Shown piece after piece: positions 27,790 through 38,877 of a stretch of DNA of 64,000 nt. Location: assembly GCA_951406725.2 (NCBI GenBank), contig OX597823.1, forward strand, positions 59,458,001 through 59,522,000. Reading direction: 5' to 3'. Under the pieces are notes generated by a model that was not told where the DNA came from, did no database searches, and saw nothing but the letters and a program-made list of their open reading frames with translations. Numbering within the stretch: position 1 is the first letter of the stretch; every line of letters starts with the position of its first letter. The DNA comes from Octopus vulgaris (taxonomy: Eukaryota). Made by a program: the position numbers and the translations under genes.

Positions 27790-28200
27790 AGCAGAATTCG
27801 TACACAATTTATTCAGATCCATCTGTGGACGCTTTTTAGTTCCATTGGGAGTTGATTATCCATTTTCGCTGTTGATTCAATGTTAGCGTTGTAAAATGCA
27901 AGTTATGCAATCTCCCCCACTTCAGAATTATTAAGAAATACTTTGCACCTTCGTTTGAAACCTCATTTGCAACTGAGACGGGCAAACCACGTTCCTTTAT
28001 ATTCTCTACATTCTTTGGGGCAGAATACGGCACTAGAATATTTTCACATTGAGTTTTTGCTTTAAGTCTCCCACATATTAACACTCTTTTTTGTTAATGG
28101 ATCACTTTATATTTTGTCAACTTTAACTTCACAGTCAACGGTTCTATATATATGGCTGTTGATGTTTTGATACAGCGTACAGAGTTCATCAAGCTATGGG
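27790..28200 (-). mobile_element. Degenerate hAT-like transposase fragment
   Basis: CGRLKA..NILVPYS..SVANEVSNEG resembles the hAT CGRTK..NVL.P..FS..TDASN.G segment. Confidence 0.45.
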
Positions 28201-28642
28201 CATTGTGTACTTATTTACGATATAGAATATCTAGCTCTACACTAACCAATACATACTTCGTTTATTGATGCCGTAGAGTAGTATTTCAAGGTGATTTGCT
28301 TACTATTTCACTCGGATGAAGCAAACATGCTTCAGCGCTCTTTGACTGGTTGGTTAGTATTTTAGTAGGTTAGAATAAGATTTGTTGGTTATTCCAACCA
28401 GATTGAACAACTAATTGTATGGACATTACATAGCATGCAATGTGTACATTGCAAAATATATAAATATGTATAAAATTTGAACCTTTTTAATATGATCACT
28501 GAATTAAACTGGAAATATTGATCATTTCATTAAAAAAAAAGGAAAATAATTAACGTCAACACAAAACCGATAATCAAATTAAAAAAGATAATTTAAGCAA
28601 ATTCATTGCCAAAGAGAATATATTTTATCAATATACACACAC

Positions 28643-28726
<84 letters not shown>

Positions 28727-28879
28727 CTATATATATATGAATGTATATAAATTATTCAATATTTCGTTTATAAAACATTTATAAATATTATTGACATATA
28801 ATATCTATTTCTAGAAAATAGTGACATATGTAAATAACTTGATGTGTTGTTGCAAGACATTAATTAGTAGCAATGGGTG

Positions 28880-28911
<32 letters not shown>

Positions 28912-29009
28912 TGTATGTATGTATGTATGTATGTATGTATGTATGTATGTATGTATATACGTATGTATTTATGTGTATATATGTATATATATATATATAT
29001 ATATATACG

Positions 29010-29380
29010 CAGTGTGTCCCAAAAAATATATACATACTTTAAAAGTTGATAACTCTTTTTCATTTTCATTTTCTCTTTTTTAAGATTGAACCTATCTGAA
29101 TTAACGAAGTGAGACAGAATGAGCTTTAAACAAAGAAAATTCATCGGAAAGTGCTACTGGAGGTTCGAAAATGCGCTCAATGATTCAAAGTAGAAAGGCA
29201 ATCTAGGAAGGAGTTTCAGACAGAACCACTCTTTCGAGTTACCATCACTCAGATAAAAGGTAAGTTTCAGGCAAGTGGAACTTCTCAGAATGTCCATGAG
29301 AAATGGCCGAGAAAATCTCAGACACCGACGAGCCACACAATGTAAGAAAAGTATTACTGGAGTTGAAAATAAAAACAATC
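29010..29380 (+). mobile_element. Tc1/mariner-type 5' fragment (DUF4817-like HTH)
   Basis: CAGTGTGTCCC terminus after a (TA)n tract; SFKQRKFIGKCYWRFENA..RKEFQTEP..RVTITQIKGKFQASG. Confidence 0.6.
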
Positions 29381-30679
29381 TACTCGATGGGTTTTAAAAG
29401 TTTCCCTCTGCCCGATTGCGGTCAAAAGGCAAATCATCAGTAACCTTTATAACCTCTTGACGGCAGTAGTTTAATCCCAAAACATTAAAATATCTAAAAA
29501 TGTAAACTGTGATATGTAAGTATATATGTGTATACATACATAAATATATACATACATACGGACAGATAAGTAGACAGGCAGACAGGCACATACATACATG
29601 CATGAATCTGTGTGCATACCCTAAATATACGTATGCACACGTATATATCTATGTGTATGAATGTTTTGGTGCTTTAGTGCTATTTTCCTCGGTAGTGTTG
29701 TTCTTGATTTCAACCATGGTCGAGCTAGCGAAATTCCTTGTGGCATAAGGTATATTTTTTAAAACTCTAGTCTGAATGACGCCTCGTTGGTAAGTAAAAA
29801 GTGTTCCTCTTATTTATGGCTAGAGAATTAAATCAGTTACTGATTTAGGATGAAGGAGTTGGCACGAATGTGGAAAACATTTAAAAAGAAATTGAAAACG
29901 GTTCTCTACGCCAGCATGTCTGATGCTGACAGCGCTATCTTTGTATGTATGTATGTATGTATGTATGTATGTATTATGTATGTATGTATATGTATGTATA
30001 AGGAATTAGTACAAACGATAAAAACATGAGACAGGACAAACCAAAAATAATGAAGATTTAACCTTCTTCAGCTGTCTCATTAAGGGTTATAGCAGTTTCG
30101 ACACCTCTAGGTAGAAAAGAGTACCTTAGAGCATCAACAACTTTAAGATACCTTGGTTAGACTACTAATAGAATGGAAATGAGCCAATAAGAGGAAAACC
30201 ATTTATTTGAGTCTTTGTTACTCAAATAAAAATACAAGGGTGAAAAACATATATAGTGACAACAACAGAAAAATTATATGAATAATAGGTCTGTTCACTA
30301 TAAATTTAAGTATAGCACAATTCGTTTTAAACATAAAAATGAAGTATTTCTCAATTGCTATGAATATAAAACAAAACAAAGAATATCAAACAATAGCAGA
30401 AGTACTACACGAATGGTATGGAGAATATATAATAAGTTGTTGGACGATGTCTTTGTGCAAGTAACTGCATAGAGGATACAGTTGAAAGCAAAAATAGATT
30501 AGTAGCCAAAATGGAAATAAGAAATATTAGAGAGAGATAGAAGAGAGAGGGGTAAAAGGGAAGGAGAAAAGTACAGAAAGAGACAGGAAGTAGAAAAGAT
30601 CACAGCAATCAAAACAAACAGATCAATGTGACACAGTGTTCAAGGCTAGATTTTTGAATAACCATTACAGTCTATCGGT

Positions 30680-31064
30680 GGAGGCGCAATGGCCCAGTGG
30701 TTAGGGCAGCGGACTCGCGGTCATAGGATTGCGGTTTCGATTCTCAGACCGGGCGTTGTGAGTGTTTATTGAGCGAAAACACCTAAAGCTCCACGAGGCT
30801 CCGGCAGGGGATGGTGGTGATCCCTGCTGTACTCTTTCACCACAACTTTCTCTCACTCTTACTTCCTGTTTCTGTTGTACCTGTATCTCGAAGGGCCGGC
30901 CTTGTCACTCTCTGTGTCACGCTGAATATCCCCGAGAACTACGTTAAGGGTACACGTGTCTGTGGAGTGCTCAGCCACTTACACGTTAATTTCACGAGCA
31001 GGCTGTTCCGTTGATTCGGATCAACCGGAACCCTCCTCGTCGTAACCGACGGAGTGCTTCCCAT
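30680..31064 (+). mobile_element. Young tRNA-derived SINE (family C head) with 11-bp TSD
   Basis: A and B boxes present; TSD agtctatcggt at 30669-30679 and 31065-31075. Confidence 0.92.
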
Positions 31065-32162
31065 AGTCTATCGGTAAAAAATGTCAGGACACTGTCCTGG
31101 AAAACGCTTGTCAGTGTGGAAAGACCAACGTAATATAATGATGACAATAACAATATGATGATGATGATGATGAGAATGATGATGGGGGTTGGGGTAAATA
31201 TAGCAGCATCACATTTATTCTCAAAAAAATTCTCAAAATGCTTATCCCTGTTTGTTTGGTTCTAGAAGGAATCCAGCCCTGCTGCATTTGAAACATATTG
31301 GAGTAGCGTAGACCTTGTTCAATTGTATCAACTTCTTCATTAGAGATTACTTTATGATCTGTATTTAAGCCCAAAACTTTTTATCCTATTTGCTAACTCA
31401 GGTGCGCAATGCAAAAAGATCTGAACTTTTGAATTCCTGCGGGTACGCTTGAAAAATATTTATTCCATATCTCTTTCCATTTTTAATTTTTTATTTTTTA
31501 TTTTTTTAAAAGTCTACTTGTTAATTTCTGTGACCTTACGCCGTCGTTTTGATATCATCTTTATTTCACTATACTGAATATTTTTATCATATTGAGGTTA
31601 TTTCTCCTGGCCGGTATGCCTGTTTTGCGCATTTCGTATTTTGAATTTTATTATCTTCGTGGACAAACTTCTCTTATATAGTTTAGTTTCCTTTCCTTTG
31701 CACCTGCTAATCTCCGTGGATTTCAGATTCTAATTTCAAGTTCAAATTTATTATATTTTTCTTTGCCTTTCGTTATTAATGGCCTTTTTCTTGACTTATA
31801 TTTATAATCATATACGCTTATGTCACCCCTAGACACACGTATTATTATATGCCTTTGATATTTTACTTACATCGTTATACTAATTGACTTTTTCATTTCA
31901 CTGATCTTCTTTTCTCTCTTTTTTTCTATTTGTCCTAATACTACACTCTCGTTCATTGTCATCTTCCTTTTGTTTTTCTCTTTTCATTCCTATCTCTTTC
32001 TCTTTCAGTGTTATACACACACACAGAGTAGTTAAGAAAATAGGTCGATTTAATTTATTGCTCTTCGCTTCCCAAATTTCAGACCAGGCTACAGTGATCA
32101 ACAAACAACTCCTTACACTAACTTTCAAAACCAAAGTTTTATTACTCCTACTACTACTACTA

Positions 32163-33305
32163 TTTCCTCTTTATCACAAGTTTTGTTGGAGCTCCTGAAG
32201 TCTTGCATGCGTAGCGGGCTTACTACCTGCAGCCTACGGTACCATGCTATTCGTTCTTTTCAGCTATCTAATACTTTCCTGATTATTCTGGCTGTGCCAA
32301 TGAGGCAAAACCTTTTGCAACAGTTCTACTGGACACTCTATTCCAATCTCCTTTATATTTCTCTTCATGCCTTCTGATGCTGCTTCCTAAGAGATCAACG
32401 ATAACTGGCACTATCTTCACCTTATTCATTTTCCATAACTGGACTATTTCGTACTTAAAAGAGTTGTATCTATCTGTCTTTTCGTCTTCTTTCTTGACTA
32501 TTCGTGGGTCAAAGGGGCATACAACGTCAACTATATAGTATATGTGGTGCGCTTTGTCCACCACCACTAGATCCTGTCTCTTATGCTCTAACGTCTGATC
32601 TGTTTGGATTGGGAAATCCCAGAGGATTTTGCTAGTGTGCAACTCCGCCGTTCTCTGCGGTTTGTGCTCAACCACGTCTTACCTTTCTCTAGCCCCCACT
32701 TTCGCAGTTTCCAATGTAGCACTTTCGCTACCTGGCCATGTCGCCACAACTTGTGATGATTTGGGGCAAGTCTTGAGCAATCGTTCGTGATATGGGCAAT
32801 AGTTTCATACACTCTATTGTAGATGTGACACAGTGGAGACACTTGCTCCAGTTCGTGGCCAAGTATAGTGCTCTCGGTCAATTTTTTTTAGGGTTCCAAT
32901 CCCACCTATTTTTCCAGCAACTTCTGCTGTGGCTACATGGTATTGATTAGTGGCGCGGCGAGCTGGCAGAAACGTTAGCACGCCGGGCGAAATGCATAGC
33001 GGTATTTCGTTTGCGTTACGTTGTGAGTTCAAATTCCGCCGAGGTCGACTTTGCCTTTCATCCTTTCGGGGTCGATAAATTAAGTACCAGTCACGCACTG
33101 GGGTCGATGTAATCGACTTAATACCTATGTCTGTCCTTGTTTGGACCCTTGTGGGTAATAAAGAAATAGGTATTGATTGTGTAGAACCTTGTTGTGTAAT
33201 TCTTCTTCGTATCTTTTTTGTACTTCTTCCTTTGTTTTGCCTTTTTTCTGCTCTCAATATTCCCTCGTTCCTGACTGTCACTAGTAAAGTTTCCATACTT
33301 TGGGA
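32163..33305 (-). mobile_element. Degenerate R4/Dong-like REL retrotransposon fragment, interrupted by a SINE
   Basis: ETIAHITNDCSRLA, RHGQVAKVLHW, KILWDFPIQTD, DLVVVD, VDVVCPFD and IGTARIIRKVL. Flanked by (TAC)n and (ATT)n. Confidence 0.82.
32953..33168 (+). mobile_element. SINE family B inserted in the Dong-like element, 10-bp TSD
   Basis: TSD ggtattgatt at 32939-32948 and 33169-33178. Confidence 0.9.
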
Positions 33306-33365
<60 letters not shown>

Positions 33366-33659
33366 CATTATTATTTTTATTTCTCGATTTTGTAAGTATG
33401 ATTGAATCAATTACAATATCGTATGCAGAATATTGTTAGAGTAAAAAAAAATTCTTATCAGCAAAGGTTAATTCTATTACTTTTCTTTCTTTCTTTCTTA
33501 ACACTGAACCTAATCACAGAGATAGTTACCTTCATTAACTTCGTTACAATATTACAATTCTTAAATCGCTAACAATTATTCTTTGACTCTATGTAAGAAA
33601 TATTATCTATTTTATTTTACTAAAAATATCATCGGTAAAAGAAGAAAGCCCATTCTTTA

Positions 33660-34460
33660 AACAATTATATACTAGTATTCAACTTTTTGTCTACTTCGGA
33701 AATACATCAAGTCTTTAGGAGACACAGGAAAATGTTTAACATAAGGATAAGACTTTATCGTAGGACTAGCAACAAATTTGTTTATACTTATCAGTTCATT
33801 TATTTGTTGAAGGGGATGAATATATTTGCTATGACAAGTAATTCGTACAGTATTCTCTTCACAAACCCTGCAAAGTCTAATGCATTGTATGGATTCTTCA
33901 TTTTGTAAAATAAATGGCTGGTCATGAGACAATACTTTCCAGTTAATGCTAAATAGTGTATTTTTAACTTTAGTGTCCATATATATTTAGATAGTGATGT
34001 GTCAATTTTTTCACTTTGTGTTTCAGAAAGTATGAATATGTTGGTTGTGTGGTATTTCGTACCGCTTTGCTGTTGGCCTAGTATATGTGAATACAGTTGA
34101 TATATAATTCGTGGTTCCAGTTGGGCTATCGATTATATTATTTGTGAGGCAATTTCCTTTCAGAGAGCAGGATAAAGAATTATTACAGTTTCAATTAATG
34201 ATGCCAGGTGTGTGGTTTTGTTTTTCATACTTTGAAAGTTTTTGTGGTTATAATTTGCTATAGCTATTTCGCAGTTGTTAACTGCGGAATCTGATATTTT
34301 TATGTTGTATTTGTTTATTAGACTGTGGTACCTGTGGTTTGGGTGGAAGTGTTTTTGGAGCATTTGGCTGCAAAAGAGATAACTGAATCAGATAATTTTG
34401 CTTTCCTATTTTATGTTTTGGGATTATTGTGGATGCGATATTAATTATGTAGTGTACTTT
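33660..34460 (-). mobile_element. Penelope-like element remnant
   Basis: FSINWKVLSH..LCRVCEE..INELIS resembles the Penelope C-terminal I.WKIL..C.LC..E..LN.R.EL pattern. Highly decayed. Confidence 0.45.
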
Positions 34461-34583
34461 TCCCTGTAGTTGTTGCTACGAACAGCTTATTTATATGGAC
34501 TTGTTATTTCATTGGACATATTTTTATTGGAACAGAAAGAAGAGAGCCTTTACAAACAGTTCTTGGATAGGATTTTAACTTTA

Positions 34584-35389
34584 CAGGGTGGGTGGAGAGT
34601 AACAAGGCATTAGAAATTGCTTATAGAATTTAGTATCACTGAAGTCATGACGTATTTTTATTGTCTTATTTCTTATTTTCCAGATGTCCAGTCGCTTGAC
34701 TGTTCAGGAGCGAGCTAAGACAGCAGCACACTATGAAGTGTGGAATTCCATTGTTTTGGTTTAGAGATAGTGGCGTGCATGGAACACTACATCGTGCAAA
34801 GCTGATGACCACAGACTCTGTGAACGTTGCAACAAGGAGTGGCTGTCCAACTACATCCCAATCAGCAGCGAAGGACGAGGCAACAATGCAGGAAATGTTT
34901 AATTACAGCCCGCAAAAATCAACACGTCAAGCAGCTCGTGAAAGTGGGCTAACAAGACATACAATGCGTAGAGTGTTGCATAAAGAATTGGATTTTCATC
35001 CGTGGAAACCGCATTACGTGCAGGAGCTAAAAACCTAAAGACTGACCGCAGAAGTCCAGAACGCCGGAAGTCCAGATCTCACTCCATGTGATTTTTGCCT
35101 GTGGGGTTACACAAAAGATGAGCTGTACAAGACAAAACTTCTCACACCGGAGGACTTGGAGACACGGATTCAGGAGGTCCTCAATGATCCTTCAGAAGGT
35201 TGTTCATTCCATCTGTGGTCGTTCGAGGAAACTGGTTGACGCCACCGGTGCTTAAGTTGAAATATGAAGATTTACTTTCATTTTCCCATGTGATAAAGAA
35301 CACATATGATTTGTTGCAATAAATTTGTAAAAAGAATATGGATCCTATTACCAATTTTTAATGCCTACTTACTTTTCACCTATCCCGTG
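34584..35389 (+). mobile_element. Internally deleted Tc1/mariner-superfamily element (DUF4817 type)
   Basis: ~36-bp imperfect TIRs (cagggtgggtggagagtaac.. / ..ttacttttcacctatcccgtg). MSSRLTVQERAK, SPQKSTRQAARESG..LHKEL.FHPWK and RSPDLTPCDFCLWGY. The catalytic middle is missing. Confidence 0.85.
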
Positions 35390-35957
35390 CTTTTAGGATT
35401 CTTGGACTGTCTCTGCATAAAATGGAACATTTTCGTTTTCATATGGTTTATAAACAGAAGATTCTAAACACAGAGTGACATCGACAGAGTTGACTGATTT
35501 AAGATGTGTGACTACGGAAATGGAGATACCTAAGTTTTTAAAGAAGAGACATAATTCTTGCCCAGTTTTAACGTTTTTGTTTTAGATTAAAATGTCTTAG
35601 GATGTCTGGATAATCATCTCTGTAGAGGCCACCTCAAACAACACATCTTTGCATAATGTTGATGGTATATATAGGCCGAAACTTAAAAGTCACTGTAAAA
35701 TTTTGATAAATGTTTACTCTACTAAAAATTAGTGTGTCATCCTTCAGAATAATGTTCAACATTTTATACGTAACTTGACATAAAACAAAAATACACACAC
35801 ACATATACATGTAGGGAGGAATCTGTATGTCTGTGTAAACGATGTGTGTATAATGATGCAAACTTCTTAACTACATGACCATACACATAAGTAACTATCT
35901 ATATTCATAAAATTACCAAAGGTTTCATGTAAGACTTTCTTTCCTTACGATACGAGC

Positions 35958-36003
<46 letters not shown>

Positions 36004-36614
36004 CATTATTATTATTATTATTATTATTAAAATGCTTAGGGGCGCCTCACGTGTATATATGCTTGCTCAAATGTCACCTTTTATCTATATTTTTTGTCTC
36101 AGACATAGAACTGCAATTATGCTGATGCACTGTCTTATTTCAAGATTTCTAAATTTATCAGATCAATATATCAACCCCAGTATATATTTCAAAAGGAAAA
36201 TTCTCTAATTTGACAAAAGGGCTGCAGTACAACATGCCCTTACTCCGCTATACACAAACAGCGGATGCGTTTTCTAACAGAAGAACTTGAACAGAGTTTC
36301 TTTGACTGGCAATTGCTTACTTAACATTCTAGAAAAGTAGGATGTGATTTGGGAGAGATTTGCTGACTTTCTCGTTGAACAAACAAAACGAAATTTTATA
36401 TCGTACGAAATATGAAGAGTGTTCTAACACTATATGTGACCTGAACTGTTTTGAAGATGAATACTTAATTAAACTAGAAAGTATTGATCATTTCATAAAA
36501 ATATACAATAATCTACTTCAGTACAAATCCAATAATCTAATTAAAAAATGAATTAACAAAAAACATTTCCAATGGGAATATGTTTTGTCTAGAATTTGTA
36601 GAAGCGTGAGTCTG

Positions 36615-36652
<38 letters not shown>

Positions 36653-36924
36653 TATATATGTATATATGTGTGTATGTGTTCGTGTATGTTTGTAAGCGCG
36701 AATGTTTACCAAAAATTTTTTTGCAATATTTCATTTATAAAACACTTATAAATATTATTGACATATAATATATATTGTTTTAGAATAGTGACATATGTAG
36801 ATAATAATAACTTGATGTCACGCAAAATAATGTTAAAAGCAAATTGAATATATATACTCGTATATAAAGTTAGGTTGGTAGACAGAAAGATAGAAATCTA
36901 CGTATATATATATATATAAATATA

Positions 36925-36974
<50 letters not shown>

Positions 36975-37077
36975 AGATAAATTCTAATGCCAAATATGCC
37001 GAAACAAAAAATTGTTGATACCCATTATAATTAATGCGTCTCGAAAACAAACCGATAGAAATCTCTAAAAAATTCGT

Positions 37078-37143
37078 TATTACCGTATTGGTCCAATTTC
37101 GGGGTTAATTCATAAGAAATTTTCCCCTCTTCAGCGGCAAATA
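37078..37143 (-). ncRNA. Type I hammerhead ribozyme (left arm of foldback)
   Basis: Reverse complement of the 37264-37329 motif. Confidence 0.82.
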
Positions 37144-37263
37144 CGCGAGATATAAATACTTACTCATACCCATGGAAAAAGCAAGCACTAAGTCCTGAGC
37201 AGACTTAAGTACCCCAAATATTTTTTCCATGGGTATGAGTCAGTATTTCATTTATATCTCGCG

Positions 37264-37329
37264 TATTTGCCGCTGAAGAGGGGAAAATTTCTTATGAATT
37301 AACCCCGAAATTGGACCAATACGGTAATA
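37264..37329 (+). ncRNA. Type I hammerhead ribozyme (right arm of foldback)
   Basis: tatttgccg-CTGAAGA-gggg-(19 nt)-cccc-GAAA-ttggaccaa-TA-cggtaata. All core nucleotides are present and the three stems pair. Confidence 0.82.
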
Positions 37330-37562
37330 ACGAATTTTTTAGAGATTTCTATCGGTTTGTTTCGAGACGCATAAATTATAATGGTTATCAACAATTTTTT
37401 GTTTCGGCATATTTGGCATTAGAATTTTTCTTCTGCCCTTGTCTTGTAAATTATGTATAAATTTTACCTTTAAAGGCATTTTTTGATATGCTGGCCATTG
37501 ATAAAAATTTTTCCCGAAAAAAATTTTATCCTATATTAATTATATATATATATATATATATG

Positions 37563-38480
37563 TATGTATAGAAATTAAATATAAATTACAAAATGGGACA
37601 AGAACGCAAAAACACACAAAGAGACGACACAAAAAAACAGACGGGTCATTCGAAGCCTCTAATCTTCAGTCAGGAACCGGATCATCTTAGCAATTTCGGC
37701 TGATTAATCCTGATATCGCTCCGATCCGGCCAGCCCCAAAGAAAAACTTAGCCACGGGCATTAGATCTCTTGGAAAGAGGATCGAATGTATACGAAACTA
37801 GGACAGGATGCCACACGAATATAAATACAAGAAAAAAATAGAAATAAAAAACAAGAATAGTAATAACAGGACAAAACAGCGGGTGTCTTACGACTTCAGA
37901 CAATTTTTAACTTATCTTGGCTGGCGTATTTGAAAAAATGCCTTTGCGGCAAACGAAGACAACAGTGTTAACATGGCAGCGGTCAAGCCGGAAAGACCAG
38001 TTTGAAGGCAGTCACGTAAGAGGACGGAAGAGAGAGAAAGAAAAGCAGGGGGCAAGGAATCAAAGAGAGAGAGAAAGAAAGGGACGAAGGCACCAAGGGG
38101 GAGAGAGAGAGAAGGAAGGAATTAAAGAGGGGAGAAGAAACAGGATTGGCTCAGCAATAGAAATAATGGTGCAAAGTAAGAAAGACGGAGAAATGTGATA
38201 GAGTGGGGGAAGAATCAGAGGCAAGGAAAGAGAAAGACACAGACTATAGAGAAAGTGTGTGTAAAGAAGTCGTACAAGGTGGAATGTGCATACATAGGAG
38301 ATAGGGTACGTTACGCCGCAATAATATATGTATAGAAATTAAATATAAATTACAAAATGGGACAAGAACGCAAAAACACACAAAGTGACGACGCAAAAAA
38401 ACAGACGGGTCATTCGAAGCCTCTAATCTTCAGTCAGGAACCGGATCATCTAAGCAATTTCAGCTGATTAATCCTGATAT
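37563..38480. mobile_element. Element with 154-bp direct repeats (37563-37716 and 38327-38480); partial-tandem Penelope-like structure
   Basis: Two almost identical 154-bp copies flanked by (TA)n around a purine-rich interior. Confidence 0.6.
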
Positions 38481-38834
38481 ATATATATATCAATTTTTAT
38501 ACACAGTTACAAATGAGCTACTAATAGATTCATGTTTTATGATACATTGAATTGGCAGATATATAAGCTATGCCATGTATCTCCTAGCAATCTTTCAGGC
38601 TCAGTTCATAACGTTAGACGTATCTAAAAACGAGGACGCTAGACTATGAGAGAACATGAGAAAAAATAAACGAGAAAACTTTGAAGATAGGTGGCGCAAA
38701 AATTGGAACGTTTTAGTAGGTGCAAGCACATGGAGAGATTTCTTTTGTCGAACTGGAGAAAACCACCCACTTCGGATTGAGTAACTATCTTGCAGATTTT
38801 AGCCTCTTTTCTGTTATATTATTCTGTATCAGCT

Positions 38835-38877
<43 letters not shown>

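Larger units (their letters stand above)
36974..37432. repeat. ~460-bp foldback (two ~207-bp inverted arms, ~40-bp spacer); probable inverted Penelope-like pseudo-LTR
   Basis: 36974-37180 is the near-perfect reverse complement of 37221-37432. Flanked on the left by (TA)n. Each arm carries a hammerhead. Confidence 0.9.

Noticed and set aside
29390-29455. Minus-strand CTGATGA..stem..GAAA
   Set aside because: Stem II is plausible, but stem III is absent and stem I is weak.
30085-30145. Minus-strand hairpin followed by GAAA
   Set aside because: No CUGANGA core.
30680-30760. tRNA gene
   Set aside because: A and B boxes belong to a SINE head with body and TSD; no proper acceptor stem. The same applies to the other SINE heads.
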